64,000 bases of DNA, from contig JBBAPX010000009.1 in NCBI GenBank assembly GCA_040400575.1, positions 46,334 to 110,333 of the forward strand. The letters are read 5' to 3'. The DNA is from Rhodoferax sp. Its GTDB lineage: Bacteria > Pseudomonadota > Gammaproteobacteria > Burkholderiales > Burkholderiaceae_C. The notes under the pieces were generated by a model. That model did not search any database and was not told the DNA's origin. It worked only from the letters and a program-made list of their open reading frames with translations. The translations under genes were made by a program, and so were the position numbers. This document shows positions 1-9,536 of this stretch, one piece after another. Each line of letters opens with the position of its first letter. The stretch's first letter is position 1.

Positions 1-699
1 AACATCATGGGCGCCACCAAGCGCTTGGCCGAAATGGTTTTGCAAGCCTTGGCCGAACTCAACCCGGCGGTAACAGCCCAAGGCGGCCCGGTGCCCACGT
101 CGCGCACTTGTTTTTCGATGGTGCGCTTTGGCAATGTGCTGGGCTCTAGCGGCTCGGTGGTGCCGCTGTTTCGCGACCAAATAAAAGACGGCGGCCCCAT
201 CACGCTGACCCACGCGGACATCACCCGCTTTTTTATGACCATCCCCGAGGCGGCGCAGCTGGTAATACAAGCCGGCGCCATGGGCACCGGTGGCGATGTG
301 TTTGTGCTGGACATGGGCCAGCCGGTGCGCATTGTGGACCTGGCCCGCCGCATGGTCGAGCTGTCGGGCCTGAGCGTGCGCGATGACAACAACCCTGAGG
401 GCGATATAGAAATCACCATCACCGGCCTGCGCCCTGGCGAAAAACTTTACGAAGAATTGCTGATCGGCGAGAACCCGATCCCCACCCAACACCCCCGCAT
501 CATGAAAGCCCAAGAGCCGTTTTTACCCTGGGCCCAATTGCAGCAAAGCTTGGGCGCGCTGCACATGGCCAAGGGGGCGAACGACGTGGCGCTGATACGG
601 GGGCTGTTGCAGCAGTTGGTAGCGGGCTACGAGCCCGCGGGCGAGGTGGTTGACTGGGTGTACCTGGCGCAGGAGCGGGAGGCGGTGGGAGGGGAGTGA
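1..699 (+). CDS. Polysaccharide biosynthesis nucleoside-diphosphate sugar dehydratase (CapD/WbpM/PglF-like), 3' part only; begins upstream of window
   Basis: Frame open from base 1 (NIMGATKR); motifs [38 protein letters not shown] typical of Polysacc_synt_2. Confidence 0.93.
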   Translation, partial: NIMGATKRLAEMVLQALAELNPAVTAQGGPVPTSRTCFSMVRFGNVLGSSGSVVPLFRDQIKDGGPITLTHADITRFFMTIPEAAQLVIQAGAMGTGGDVFVLDMGQPVRIVDLARRMVELSGLSVRDDNNPEGDIEITITGLRPGEKLYEELLIGENPIPTQHPRIMKAQEPFLPWAQLQQSLGALHMAKGANDVALIRGLLQQLVAGYEPAGEVVDWVYLAQEREAVGGE

Positions 700-770
700 G
701 CTAACATTTGCCCACAATTAAACCGGGCCTGTTATGCCAAATCAAGCTCTACTGCAGTCTGTACTTCAGA

Positions 771-796
771 AAAGCGTGGCCAATATGCTGGCTACG
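771..796 (+). repeat. Imperfect 26-bp direct repeat, copy 1
   Basis: aaagcgtggccaatatgctggctacg; 23/26 identical to 2342-2367. Confidence 0.75.
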
Positions 797-955
797 CTGT
801 GAAAAGAGAAGCTCAGCCCCAGCGAAAGTCTAAAACCTTCGCTGCAGGCACATACACCTGGCCCCACAGCGGCCTGACGTACGCTTTGTCTGAAGGTTTT
901 TTGACAAGATGAACCTCACCGTGATGCGTTATCATCATAATGCAATGATGCCACA

Positions 956-2212
956 TTACGGAACCAAGCTGACCTGCCCCCACAAAGTTGCAAGTGGAGC
1001 TGCCCAGATGCCATCCCCTAAGGGCATCGTCTCGTCGCCGTCGTACAGCAGAATCCCCATCTTGAACTGATCACCGGCCATGCTGGCTAATTTTCTCAGT
1101 CCGCGCAGATCACTTGGCTTGACCGTGGCGGCGGCCTTGACCTCGACGCCTACCAGTTGTCCGGCAGCGTTTTCGATCACCACATCGACCTCGTACTTGT
1201 CTGCATCCCGGTAGTACAGCAGACGGTAGTCGCCTTCCGAAGTGGTGGTGTGCTTGAGCAATTCTCCAAAAACGAAAGTTTCAAGCACATTGCCGAACCG
1301 GGTGCGATCCTGCTGGACCTCCTCTGTATTCAGATCCATCAGGGTGGCCAGCAAGCCGGAGTCGATGAACTGCAACTTGGGTGTTTTAACAACACGATTG
1401 AGGCGGTTGCGCGCCCAGACGTCAACCCGCTTGAGCAAATACATCTGCTCGAAGACGCCGATATAGCGTGACGCTGTCTTGCCGTCCAGGCCGACCTGCC
1501 CACCCAGTTGGGTGTAGTTGCACATCTGACCGGCGGTCTGTGCCAAGGCGCTTAGAAAGCGCGGCAATTGGTCCAGTTTTTCTATGCCGGATATGTCACG
1601 CACATCACGCTGGATGATGGCGTCCAGGTACTGCCGGGCCCAGGTGCTTCGCCTCTTAGCCGATGGGCGGGAAATCGCTTCGGGATAGCCGCCATGCAGC
1701 ACGCGCTCAACCAGAAGCTTGCCCAGGGCCGCAGCTTCTGACTTCAAAATCTGCCCTGAGAAGACGCTGTCGATCCAGTTCGCCGAACACCCTTCAATTT
1801 CGCTTTGCGACAAGGGGAGCAGTGACAGTGTTTCCATGCGGCCTGCCAAGGAGTCGGCCACAGTAGGCATTGCCATGAGGTTGGCTGACCCGGTCAGCAG
1901 AAAACGTCCAGGGCGACGGTCTTCATCAACACTTTTCTTGATGGCCAGCAGTAGCTGCGGGGCTCGCTGAATTTCGTCAATGACGGCGCGGTCCAAGCTG
2001 CGAATCATGCCCACCGGATCTTCACGCGCAGACAGCAGTGTCAGCGCATCATCAAGGGTCAGGTATCGCAGCCCGTTGTCGGCTGCTATTTGCCTCACGA
2101 GTGTGGTTTTGCCGGCTTGACGAGGGCCCGCAAGGAGAACAACCGGCGTGTCTTGCAGTGACTCGGCAATGCGAGACTCTATGCGGCGGGCGTAGAGAGC
2201 GGGTGTTTCCAT
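956..2212 (-). CDS. AAA+ ATPase with DUF4143 / C-terminal PD-(D/E)XK nuclease-like domain
   Basis: Walker A GPRQAGKTT, Walker B VIDEIQ, LTGSA, GGYPE, KTPKLQFIDSGL, C-terminal YYRD..EVDVVIE...VEVK. Confidence 0.9.
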   Translation of the reverse strand: METPALYARRIESRIAESLQDTPVVLLAGPRQAGKTTLVRQIAADNGLRYLTLDDALTLLSAREDPVGMIRSLDRAVIDEIQRAPQLLLAIKKSVDEDRRPGRFLLTGSANLMAMPTVADSLAGRMETLSLLPLSQSEIEGCSANWIDSVFSGQILKSEAAALGKLLVERVLHGGYPEAISRPSAKRRSTWARQYLDAIIQRDVRDISGIEKLDQLPRFLSALAQTAGQMCNYTQLGGQVGLDGKTASRYIGVFEQMYLLKRVDVWARNRLNRVVKTPKLQFIDSGLLATLMDLNTEEVQQDRTRFGNVLETFVFGELLKHTTTSEGDYRLLYYRDADKYEVDVVIENAAGQLVGVEVKAAATVKPSDLRGLRKLASMAGDQFKMGILLYDGDETMPLGDGIWAAPLATLWGQVSLVP

Positions 2213-2225
2213 ACGGTCATAGTAT

Positions 2226-2263
2226 CGTAAATTACGGAATAATCAAGCGTAAATTACGGAATA
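2226..2263. promoter_or_regulatory. Tandem operator-like sites upstream of the DUF4143 gene
   Basis: cgtaaattacggaata exact at 2226-2241 and 2248-2263 (22-bp period); each contains the dyad CGTAA-N-TTACG. Confidence 0.65.
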
Positions 2264-2341
2264 TGTATCCCAAAAATGAGGTTTTGCTGCTGAAGGAAGC
2301 GCGACGTTTTGTCCGGACGTGATGATGCCGTGCGGCTCTGT

Positions 2342-2367
2342 AAAGCGTCACCAACATGCTGGCTACG
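2342..2367 (+). repeat. Imperfect 26-bp direct repeat, copy 2
   Basis: aaagcgtcaccaacatgctggctacg; matches 771-796 at 23/26. Confidence 0.75.
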
Positions 2368-2408
2368 TCAGCGGCAAACCGAGCGGCTAATGCGCAAGTG
2401 GAAATATA

Positions 2409-2424
2409 TGATATCGTGATATCG
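2409..2424 (+). promoter_or_regulatory. Probable antitoxin autoregulatory operator
   Basis: tgatatcg-tgatatcg tandem (GATATC palindromes) about 25 bp upstream of the RHH antitoxin start; type II TA operons are commonly autorepressed. Confidence 0.5.
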
Positions 2425-2449
2425 TACAAATTCATCTCAGGAGATTTTC

Positions 2450-2698
2450 GTGGCACAAATGATCGTACGCAATATTGATGATGGCGTGAAAAGTGCACTC
2501 AAGGCGCGCGCCAGTTTGCATGGTTGGAGCATGGAAGAGGAGGTGCGCCAAATCCTGCAACAGGCAGTCAATGAGCCGGCCCAAGCGCGGCCCAAGCTCG
2601 GTACACGCATTGCTGCGCGCTTTGCGGACCTAGGCCTGGTTTCGCCCTTGCCAGAGTTGCGTGGGCAAACCATTGAACCCATGGCCCTCAGTGAATGA
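2450..2698 (+). CDS. FitA-like ribbon-helix-helix antitoxin
   Basis: MAQMIVRNIDDGVKSALKARASLHGWSMEEEVRQIL RHH pattern; SD aggag before GTG; ATGA overlap with PIN gene. Confidence 0.88.
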   Translation: MAQMIVRNIDDGVKSALKARASLHGWSMEEEVRQILQQAVNEPAQARPKLGTRIAARFADLGLVSPLPELRGQTIEPMALSE

Positions 2699-3117
2699 TC
2701 ATCTTAGACACCAACGTTTTGTCTGCCTTGATGCAGCAGCAGCCCGACCCGCGGGTGGTGGCTTGGTTGGACGACCAGCCCGCTGAGTCCATATGGCTTA
2801 GCAGCATCACGGTGTTTGAAGCCCGCTACGGCTTGGCGCTGCTACCAGCTGGACGGCGTAAAGACGTGATGGAACAACGCTTTGAAGCACTGGTGCAAGA
2901 CGACTTGCAAAACCGCGTGCTACTTTTTGACATCCATGCCGCCGCGCACGCAGCACAGTTGGCCGCAGATCGCAAAAACCGTGGCCGCCCCGTGGACATG
3001 CGTGACACCTTCATTGCCGGTATCGCCTCAGCAAGACGCGCCACCCTGGCCACACGAAATGTGCGGCATTTTGACGATTTGTCGGTTCCAGTGGTCAATC
3101 CCTGGCCTGATCAATGA
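2695..3117 (+). CDS. vapC: VapC/FitB PIN-domain toxin
   Basis: IILDTNVLS, conserved acidic residues in TVFE, MRD..IA, TRNVRHF; coupled to antitoxin. Confidence 0.92.
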   Translation: MIILDTNVLSALMQQQPDPRVVAWLDDQPAESIWLSSITVFEARYGLALLPAGRRKDVMEQRFEALVQDDLQNRVLLFDIHAAAHAAQLAADRKNRGRPVDMRDTFIAGIASARRATLATRNVRHFDDLSVPVVNPWPDQ

Positions 3118-3174
3118 AACCATTCACGGGGATCCGGTCAAGAGATGCTAGACCGCCCGGAATCTGACCACCCG

Positions 3175-3259
3175 GAACTGCGCCTTTTTTTCGTCAAAAA
3201 TGGCGCAGTTCGGTAAACTGCGCCAAAATTGCGCCAATCCAAATCTCAAACTGCGCCAA
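3175..3259. repeat. Cluster of (aa)ctgcgcc repeats: one inverted pair plus direct copies
   Basis: gaactgcgcc 3175-3184 / ggcgcagttc 3202-3211 inverted; aaactgcgccaa exact at 3215-3226 and 3248-3259; tgcgccaa at 3230-3237. Confidence 0.7.
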
Positions 3260-3460
3260 CACCATCATGTCTTCTGCCACTGACTTACTGAGCAGCATGC
3301 AGAACTCCGACGCCTGCATGAGGGTGTCCTGGCGCGCTATGGTTTGCGACCGTCAGCGTACGCGGCGTGGAAGGCGCTGCATGGACATTGATTAACGCGA
3401 GTTCAAATTCGTGAACCACAATTGAACCGCCTGCTTGGGATGGCGGTACCTGTGAAAAAG

Positions 3461-4726
3461 CTACCGCGCCAAACGCCACCGCGACCGCAACAAAAACACC
3501 ACAATCCCCACATTGAGCATATTCCAAGCCACGCCGTTTAAAAACGCAGCGTGGTAGGAGCCCGTCAGGTCAAACACCTTACCTGACATCCATCCCCCGG
3601 TGGCCATGCCTAGCATGGTGAACATAATCACCGTCCCCACCCGCGCGCCGATTTGCGTGGGCGCAAAATTCTCCCGAACGATGAGTGTGTAAGACGGCAC
3701 GATGCCGCCCTGGAACAGGCCGAACAAGGCAGACACCAAGTAGAGCGAGGCCAGCCCGTCAAAGGGCAAAAACATCAGCAGCGCAGTGGCCTGCAAGACC
3801 GAGCCCAGTAGCAGCGTGCGCAGTGCGCCTATGCGGTCGCAAATGACGCCAGACACCAAACGGCTGACGATGCCGCAGGCCAACATCAGCGAGAGCATTT
3901 CCGCACCGCGCGCTGCGCCATAGCCCAGGTCGGCGCAATAGGCCACGATATGCACTTGCGGCATGGCCATGGCGACGCAGCAACTAAAGCCCGCGACACA
4001 CAAAAGCACCGTGGCGCGTTCGGGCGACAAGCCAAACGGGAGTTCCCTTGCCTGAGCGTCAGCGCTGACGCCGGGCGTGATCACCAGGGCCGCCGGTCTG
4101 CGGCGCAGCAGCGGCGCCAGCATCAGCATGCACACCGCGCAAAACAGGCCCACGTACATATAAGCCTGCCGCCAGCCAAGTGTCTCGATAAAGTGCTGCA
4201 TCACCGGCGGCCAAATCGCGCCCGATAGGTAATTGCCACTGGCGCAAATCGCCACCGCCACGCCGCGTCGCTTGGCAAACCAGAGCGCGGTGTCGGCCAT
4301 TAAAGGGGCAAATGCAATCGAGCTGCCCAGTAGGCCAATCAGCACACCGTGCGCAAGCGCAAACCCGACGATGCCGGTGGACATAGACGCCAGCACAAAG
4401 CCCAATCCCATGGCACATGCAGCCACTACCAAAGGCCGGAACAAGCCGTACTTGTCCGCCATACGGCCCATCAAAATGCCGCCGACGCCAAAGCCGATCA
4501 TCAGCAAGGTATAGGGCAGTGCGGACTCGGCGCGGCCGATGCCAAACTCGGCCTGCACGGCGGGAATAATCACCGGCACTACCCACATGCCCAGATTGCC
4601 CAGCGTCATCATGAATAGGCAAATGCCCAGACGGAACCAGGCGTAGGGGGAATCGACTAGATCATCGCTGGTGCCCATCACAGCCTTGACCGGGTCAGCG
4701 TTGTGGGGAGGGGAAGGGCTGGTCAC
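3461..4726 (-). CDS. MFS transporter (start may be 4678)
   Basis: About 12 hydrophobic segments; motif A GRMADKYG and GVICDRIG in the two halves. Confidence 0.9.
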   Translation of the reverse strand: MTSPSPPHNADPVKAVMGTSDDLVDSPYAWFRLGICLFMMTLGNLGMWVVPVIIPAVQAEFGIGRAESALPYTLLMIGFGVGGILMGRMADKYGLFRPLVVAACAMGLGFVLASMSTGIVGFALAHGVLIGLLGSSIAFAPLMADTALWFAKRRGVAVAICASGNYLSGAIWPPVMQHFIETLGWRQAYMYVGLFCAVCMLMLAPLLRRRPAALVITPGVSADAQARELPFGLSPERATVLLCVAGFSCCVAMAMPQVHIVAYCADLGYGAARGAEMLSLMLACGIVSRLVSGVICDRIGALRTLLLGSVLQATALLMFLPFDGLASLYLVSALFGLFQGGIVPSYTLIVRENFAPTQIGARVGTVIMFTMLGMATGGWMSGKVFDLTGSYHAAFLNGVAWNMLNVGIVVFLLRSRWRLAR

Positions 4727-4789
4727 GCCCCATTATGAAGCAGGGCTCCGCCGGACAAACGCGTGGTTAAGCCCGGCGGATTGGGCCCC

Positions 4790-6454
4790 CTAATTCGCAT
4801 AAAAAACGTATTCGTCTCCAGCGCCAATTTTTTGTTTTAGATTTTTGTCAATCGCAATCGGCCCGGCGCCTAGTGACGGCCACATGGGCTTGCTTTGGGC
4901 TTTGTCCCAGGTCATCAAATCGGCTTTCATGCGCGCCACGCGATCGGGCTGGGCTGTGGCCAGATTGTTCTTTTCGGTGGGGTCCTTAGCCAGGTCAAAA
5001 AGCCAGTCTTTTTTCGGCTGCTCGGAGACTTGCAACTTCCAATCGCCCGATCGCACAACCCTGTAGGTATCCGTTCGCCAGAAAATATTTTCGTGCGGGC
5101 GCCCGCTGGCTTTGCCTTGCGCAAAGGGCAGCAGGTTGACGCCATCGATGGGCCGGTCTTTGGGTTCTGCTACCCCAGCCGCAGCCGCAGCCGTCGAGAA
5201 AATATCAAAATGATTGACAGGTGCGCTTACTTGCGTGCCCTTGGGAATGCCAGCCGGCCAGCGCATAAAGAAGGGCACATGGATACCGCCTTCAAAGAAG
5301 GTGGCTTTCCAGCCGCGGTAGGGCGAGTTGATACCGTCCAAACCAATGTAATGCGCTCCGCCGTTGTCGGTGGTAAAAATAACCAGCGTGTTGTCATCGA
5401 CGCCCTGGTCTTTGAGCGACTGCAACACCCGCCCGATATTACGGTCTAGCGAGCGAATCATGGCCGCGTACACGCGCATGGTGTGATCCGGGATAAAGCT
5501 CAGTGCGTCATAGTCTTCGCGGGTGGATTGCAAAGGGGTATGCGGCGCGTTATAGGCCAGGTACATAAAGAAAGGCCTATTTTTATTGGCCTGCACCACC
5601 TTGACGGCTTCGTCGGTTAGGTAGTCGGTCATGTACTTGGGCGGCTGAAACACTTCACCCGCGTTGTGGCGTATGCCCCAGGGCGCTGCGGCCCAGAGGA
5701 ACTTGTCGATCAGGTCGAAATCCTGCTTAGCGTTCACCACCTGAGGGCTGTTTTCCGGCAAAAACATGGAACCGCCATGCATCAGCGACAGCGACTCATT
5801 GAAGCCATGCGCATACGAGCGGAACTGCGGGCTATCGCCCAGATGCCATTTACCCAAATGCACCGTGTGGTAGCCCGAGCTTTGCATTAACTTAGCAATC
5901 GTGATCTCGGTGGTGGGCAGGCCCATGTCTTCGTAGGGGATCAGGTCCGCCTCGCGCTCCGGGTGGTACAGGGCTGCGGGCCAGCCCTCGCGGGGTTTGG
6001 TATTGGTAATCACCTTCATAAACTGCTTGGGTGTGGGCGTGAACTCAAAACCAAAGCGGGTGGCATAACGCCCGGTCATCATGGACGCGCGCGAGGGCGC
6101 ACACGTCGCATTGGCCGAATACCCGTTACGAAAGTCCACGCCTTCGCGGGCAATGCTGTCAATGTAGGGGGTTGGTACTTTGCCACCCGCAATGCCGCCA
6201 CCATTGAGCGTGATATCGTTAAAGCCCAAGTCGTCGGCCACGATCAATATCACGTTGGGGGGGCGTTTACCAGGGCTTGCCGTGGCGTCCGCGGGACCGG
6301 CTTTCCAGCTAACTTCCTGCGTTGGCCCATAGTCCTTGCGCAGTACGTATTTCACGTACAAAAGCAATGCGCCGCTAGGGCCGCCTATGGCATAGAAACC
6401 GGCCCCCGCTAAAAGCAGTAAAGCTAATAGGCCCAAGGCTATGCGTTTGATCAT
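4790..6454 (-). CDS. Arylsulfatase-family sulfatase with N-terminal signal/anchor
   Basis: NVILIVADDLG, CAPSRASMMTGR (CxPxR), GKWHLG, TDNG, FEGGIHVP; start re-called to MIKRIALG at 6454. Confidence 0.92.
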   Translation of the reverse strand: MIKRIALGLLALLLLAGAGFYAIGGPSGALLLYVKYVLRKDYGPTQEVSWKAGPADATASPGKRPPNVILIVADDLGFNDITLNGGGIAGGKVPTPYIDSIAREGVDFRNGYSANATCAPSRASMMTGRYATRFGFEFTPTPKQFMKVITNTKPREGWPAALYHPEREADLIPYEDMGLPTTEITIAKLMQSSGYHTVHLGKWHLGDSPQFRSYAHGFNESLSLMHGGSMFLPENSPQVVNAKQDFDLIDKFLWAAAPWGIRHNAGEVFQPPKYMTDYLTDEAVKVVQANKNRPFFMYLAYNAPHTPLQSTREDYDALSFIPDHTMRVYAAMIRSLDRNIGRVLQSLKDQGVDDNTLVIFTTDNGGAHYIGLDGINSPYRGWKATFFEGGIHVPFFMRWPAGIPKGTQVSAPVNHFDIFSTAAAAAGVAEPKDRPIDGVNLLPFAQGKASGRPHENIFWRTDTYRVVRSGDWKLQVSEQPKKDWLFDLAKDPTEKNNLATAQPDRVARMKADLMTWDKAQSKPMWPSLGAGPIAIDKNLKQKIGAGDEYVFYAN

Positions 6455-6609
6455 GCTCTCACTCCTCAATTTTTTAGCGGTATGTGGGCGCCTGACGCGG
6501 GCCCTCAACCATGGGCTGTTACAGCGAACTTGGGCGTCTGGCGCGTCTTGTATTATGGACTTGCCCAAACCAGCGGATGGTCCGTATCGGGCACACAGGA
6601 GACAGTTGC

Positions 6610-7032
6610 ATGCAGATTGAAAACGCCCAAATTCCCAGTGCCGCACAAATGAAGGCCGCCCTACAACGCGACGATGGCAGCGAGATCTACATGCTCAACT
6701 TGCTGAAGTTTCGCGCGCAAGCAGCTTATGCCGATGGTCGCCAGAGTGACTTGACCGGCCAGCAAGCCTATAGCATTTACGGCCGCGCCATGACGCGCAT
6801 GGTGATGGAAGCAGGTGGCAAGCTGGTCTATGCAGGCCAGGTGCGCGGCCTTTTGGTCGGCGGTGGCGATGCGCAGTGGGACCAGGTTGCCATCATGATG
6901 TACCCGTCTTTTAAAGTGATGGCCGGCATCACGGGTTCGCAGGCCTATGCGGATATCCATGTCCACCGCGAAGCCGGCTTGGCCGGGCAGGTGCTTATAG
7001 AAACCGTGAAGCCCCAGACCGTGCCGAAATGA
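6610..7032 (+). CDS. DUF1330-family protein
   Basis: MLNLLKFR..A.Y.DG, WDQVAIMMYPS, Y..IHVHREAGL; start re-called to 6610. Confidence 0.75.
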   Translation: MQIENAQIPSAAQMKAALQRDDGSEIYMLNLLKFRAQAAYADGRQSDLTGQQAYSIYGRAMTRMVMEAGGKLVYAGQVRGLLVGGGDAQWDQVAIMMYPSFKVMAGITGSQAYADIHVHREAGLAGQVLIETVKPQTVPK

Positions 7033-7106
7033 AGCGATGCAATGCCAAAGCCTGCAGTTTGGTCATAAAAAATCAGCGTTTTGCAGCTGATCTTTCATGC
7101 GCTGAG

Positions 7107-7754
7107 TCAAATCATACTTTTGCGCTTGTTCTCGATTTGAATGCGCAAAGCCGCCATCATCAGTTCGGCGTTGGCTAAATAGGGGTTGATCTTGCTGGCC
7201 CGCTCCATCAGCGCAAGCGCGCGTTCGGGCTGGGAGTGCTCGGCTAGCATTTGGGCAAAGCCCACCAAGGCGCCGAAATGCTCGGGCAATCGTTTAAGCA
7301 CCTCCTCGCAATCTTGCATGGACAGCTCATACTCGCCTGCCATGTAATACAGCGTCGCACGCTTATTCCAAGCCTCTGCAAAATCTGGCCGCTTGGCAAT
7401 GATGTCGCTAAAAACTTGGATCGCCTTGGGCAGATCACGGTCCTGCATGCGGTCCATGCCTTCTTGGTACATTTTGTCGATGGCGGCATCGCCTGACTTG
7501 CCCCACAGCTGCCACACGGTCGCTAGCGCCACTTGCCGCACTGCGGGCTGGGCATCGTCAAGCAAGCCAAGCACGGCGCCCGCATCCTTGGCAGTGCCTA
7601 GCTTGAGCAATTGGTGCATACCGTTGATCCGCCGCTGCGGCTCGGCATGGCCCAGCGCCTTGCGCGCTTGCTGGTAGTTGAGTTTTTCCTCGCTGGCCGC
7701 ATGGGCCAGCTGCATGGCACACAAGACCACAGCCAGGGCCACAGCCAAGGTCAT
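7107..7754 (-). CDS. Exported HEAT/TPR-repeat protein
   Basis: Signal peptide ending AHA; TPR pattern PDFAEAWNKRATLYY, PEHFGAL.G; start re-called to 7754. Confidence 0.75.
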   Translation of the reverse strand: MTLAVALAVVLCAMQLAHAASEEKLNYQQARKALGHAEPQRRINGMHQLLKLGTAKDAGAVLGLLDDAQPAVRQVALATVWQLWGKSGDAAIDKMYQEGMDRMQDRDLPKAIQVFSDIIAKRPDFAEAWNKRATLYYMAGEYELSMQDCEEVLKRLPEHFGALVGFAQMLAEHSQPERALALMERASKINPYLANAELMMAALRIQIENKRKSMI

Positions 7755-7939
7755 TTTCAAGATGGGGGGCAGGGCGCAGCGTAAATAGCGTGACACGGCA
7801 GGTCTCCAGCAAAGTGATAAGACGAGCTTACCCGAGTGGGCATAGCTTGGACCAGCGGCTCTGTTAAATTGACATTTTGTAAGGCCTTTGCCGCCCTTGC
7901 CCTCACCCCACGCATGCCGCCACACCCTTAAGGAAATCC

Positions 7940-8791
7940 ATGCACGCTACCGAGTCTTCATCCGCAGCCGTCAGCAGCCAGCGCCTGGGCGCCATCACCC
8001 TTGTTAGCTTGTCGCGTCCCGATGTGCGCAACGCCGTTGACGCGGATACCGCCCACGCCCTCTACGCTGCGTTTATTGCTTTTGAAGAAGACGCAGATGC
8101 CAAGGTTGCGGTATTTCACGGCGCGCACGGGCATTTTTGCGCTGGCTGGGACCTGAAGGCCGGTGCGCGCATGGCCCGGGACGAAGGAGGCCCAGGCGTT
8201 TTGACCAATCTAGATTTCGAGCCGCTTTCCAGCGCCCAGTTGGAGGCGGCGCCCACCAGTGCGCCGCTAGGGCCTATGGGCCCCTCGCGCCTGCTCTTGT
8301 CCAAACCGGTGATTGCGGCCGTCAGCGGTGCGGCGGTCGCCGGTGGTATGGAACTGGCCTTGTGGTGCGATATGCGGGTGATGGAAGAAGACGCCTATTT
8401 CGGCGTGTTTTGCCGCCGCTTTGGTGTGCCTTTGATTGACGGCGGCACGGTGCGCCTGCCGCGCCTGATTGGCATGGGCCACGCCATGGACTTAATTCTT
8501 ACCGGTCGCAAAGTCGAAGCCGCTGAAGCGCTGGCCATGGGCCTGGCCAACCGCGTGGTCCCCGCAGGCGGCGCCCTCGATGCCGCCATGACGCTGGCCG
8601 GGCAATTGGCTAGCTTTCCCCAAGCCACCATGAACGCTGACCGGATGAGCGCTTACCAACAATGGGACTTGCCCTTGCACCATGCCTTGCACCAGGAGTG
8701 GCTGCGCGGCAAAGCCTGTATCGCAGAGGGATTAGAAGGCGCCGGCCGCTTTGCGGACGGGCAAGGGCGCCATGGTAGTTTTGGTGGCTAA
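7940..8791 (+). CDS. Enoyl-CoA hydratase/isomerase (crotonase) family
   Basis: FCAGWDL, KPVIAAVSGAAVAGGMELALWCD, RLPRLIG. Confidence 0.92.
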   Translation: MHATESSSAAVSSQRLGAITLVSLSRPDVRNAVDADTAHALYAAFIAFEEDADAKVAVFHGAHGHFCAGWDLKAGARMARDEGGPGVLTNLDFEPLSSAQLEAAPTSAPLGPMGPSRLLLSKPVIAAVSGAAVAGGMELALWCDMRVMEEDAYFGVFCRRFGVPLIDGGTVRLPRLIGMGHAMDLILTGRKVEAAEALAMGLANRVVPAGGALDAAMTLAGQLASFPQATMNADRMSAYQQWDLPLHHALHQEWLRGKACIAEGLEGAGRFADGQGRHGSFGG

Positions 8792-9519
8792 CTTAAACAC
8801 CTCAGCAACACCCCCGTCAAGTCCTGCGGCGCGCTGATCATGGGGTCGTGGCCGGTGGCCAGTTCCAGGGTGCGCGTGCCGGGCAGCCACAGGCCGTCCC
8901 AGAACTTAGGGTCGTTCACGCGCGGCCAGATGGCGTCTATGGTGGCCAGGGATGGTTGGGTGCAGTGGATGTATGTGCGCGGTACGCGGGCTACGCGCGC
9001 GGGGTCAAAGTCCAGCACGTCGGTATAAGGATGGCCGGGGTGGGGCGTCTGGCGCCGTGCTACCCAGGCGGCGTCCTCGCCCTCCAGGCCAAATACTTCG
9101 GGGCCGGGTGGGGGAAAGCTGTACAGCGGGTTAGCGCGCGCGGCATTTAGGCGCGCTTCGCGGGTGCTACTTGCGTGGGTGGCGCTCCAAGCTTCGCCAG
9201 GCTTTGGCACTACCGCGTCCACATAGACCAAGTGGCGCAGGCGCTCACCGATGCGGTCGGCTACCCCAGTGCCCACCATGCCGGCGTACGAGTGCACGAC
9301 TAGCACCACGTCATCGATTTCTTCGTTATCAATTGCGCCCATCACATCCTGAATATGGGTGCTCAGGTGGATGTCGGGCGAGAGCAAGTGGGCGCGTTCG
9401 CCAACGCCGGTCAGCGTGACGGCATGCACGCGGTGCCCTTGCGCCTGTAGCAAGTCCACCACGCGCCGCCAGCACCAAGCGCCATGCCAGGCGCCATGAA
9501 CGAGTACGAAATTTGCCAT
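8788..9519 (-). CDS. Alpha/beta hydrolase (methylesterase/salicylate-esterase-like)
   Basis: FVLVHGAWHGAWCW, nucleophile elbow VHSYAG, catalytic His in GHDPM; start re-called to 9519. Confidence 0.88.
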   Translation of the reverse strand: MANFVLVHGAWHGAWCWRRVVDLLQAQGHRVHAVTLTGVGERAHLLSPDIHLSTHIQDVMGAIDNEEIDDVVLVVHSYAGMVGTGVADRIGERLRHLVYVDAVVPKPGEAWSATHASSTREARLNAARANPLYSFPPPGPEVFGLEGEDAAWVARRQTPHPGHPYTDVLDFDPARVARVPRTYIHCTQPSLATIDAIWPRVNDPKFWDGLWLPGTRTLELATGHDPMISAPQDLTGVLLRCLS

Positions 9520-9536
9520 AGCTCCACCCCTGTCGC

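Noticed and set aside
700-740. Integron attC-like site (ctaac ... gttatgc)
   Set aside because: Too short, the core does not fit RYYYAAC, there are no internal L boxes and no intI gene.
923-952. catcat/atgatg and ttat/ataa dyads as resolvase site
   Set aside because: Short; equally explained by chance or a terminator for the convergent genes; no resolvase present.
3285-3527. 80-aa minus-strand ORF after the MFS gene
   Set aside because: Overlaps the MFS 3' end; no recognisable motif or SD.
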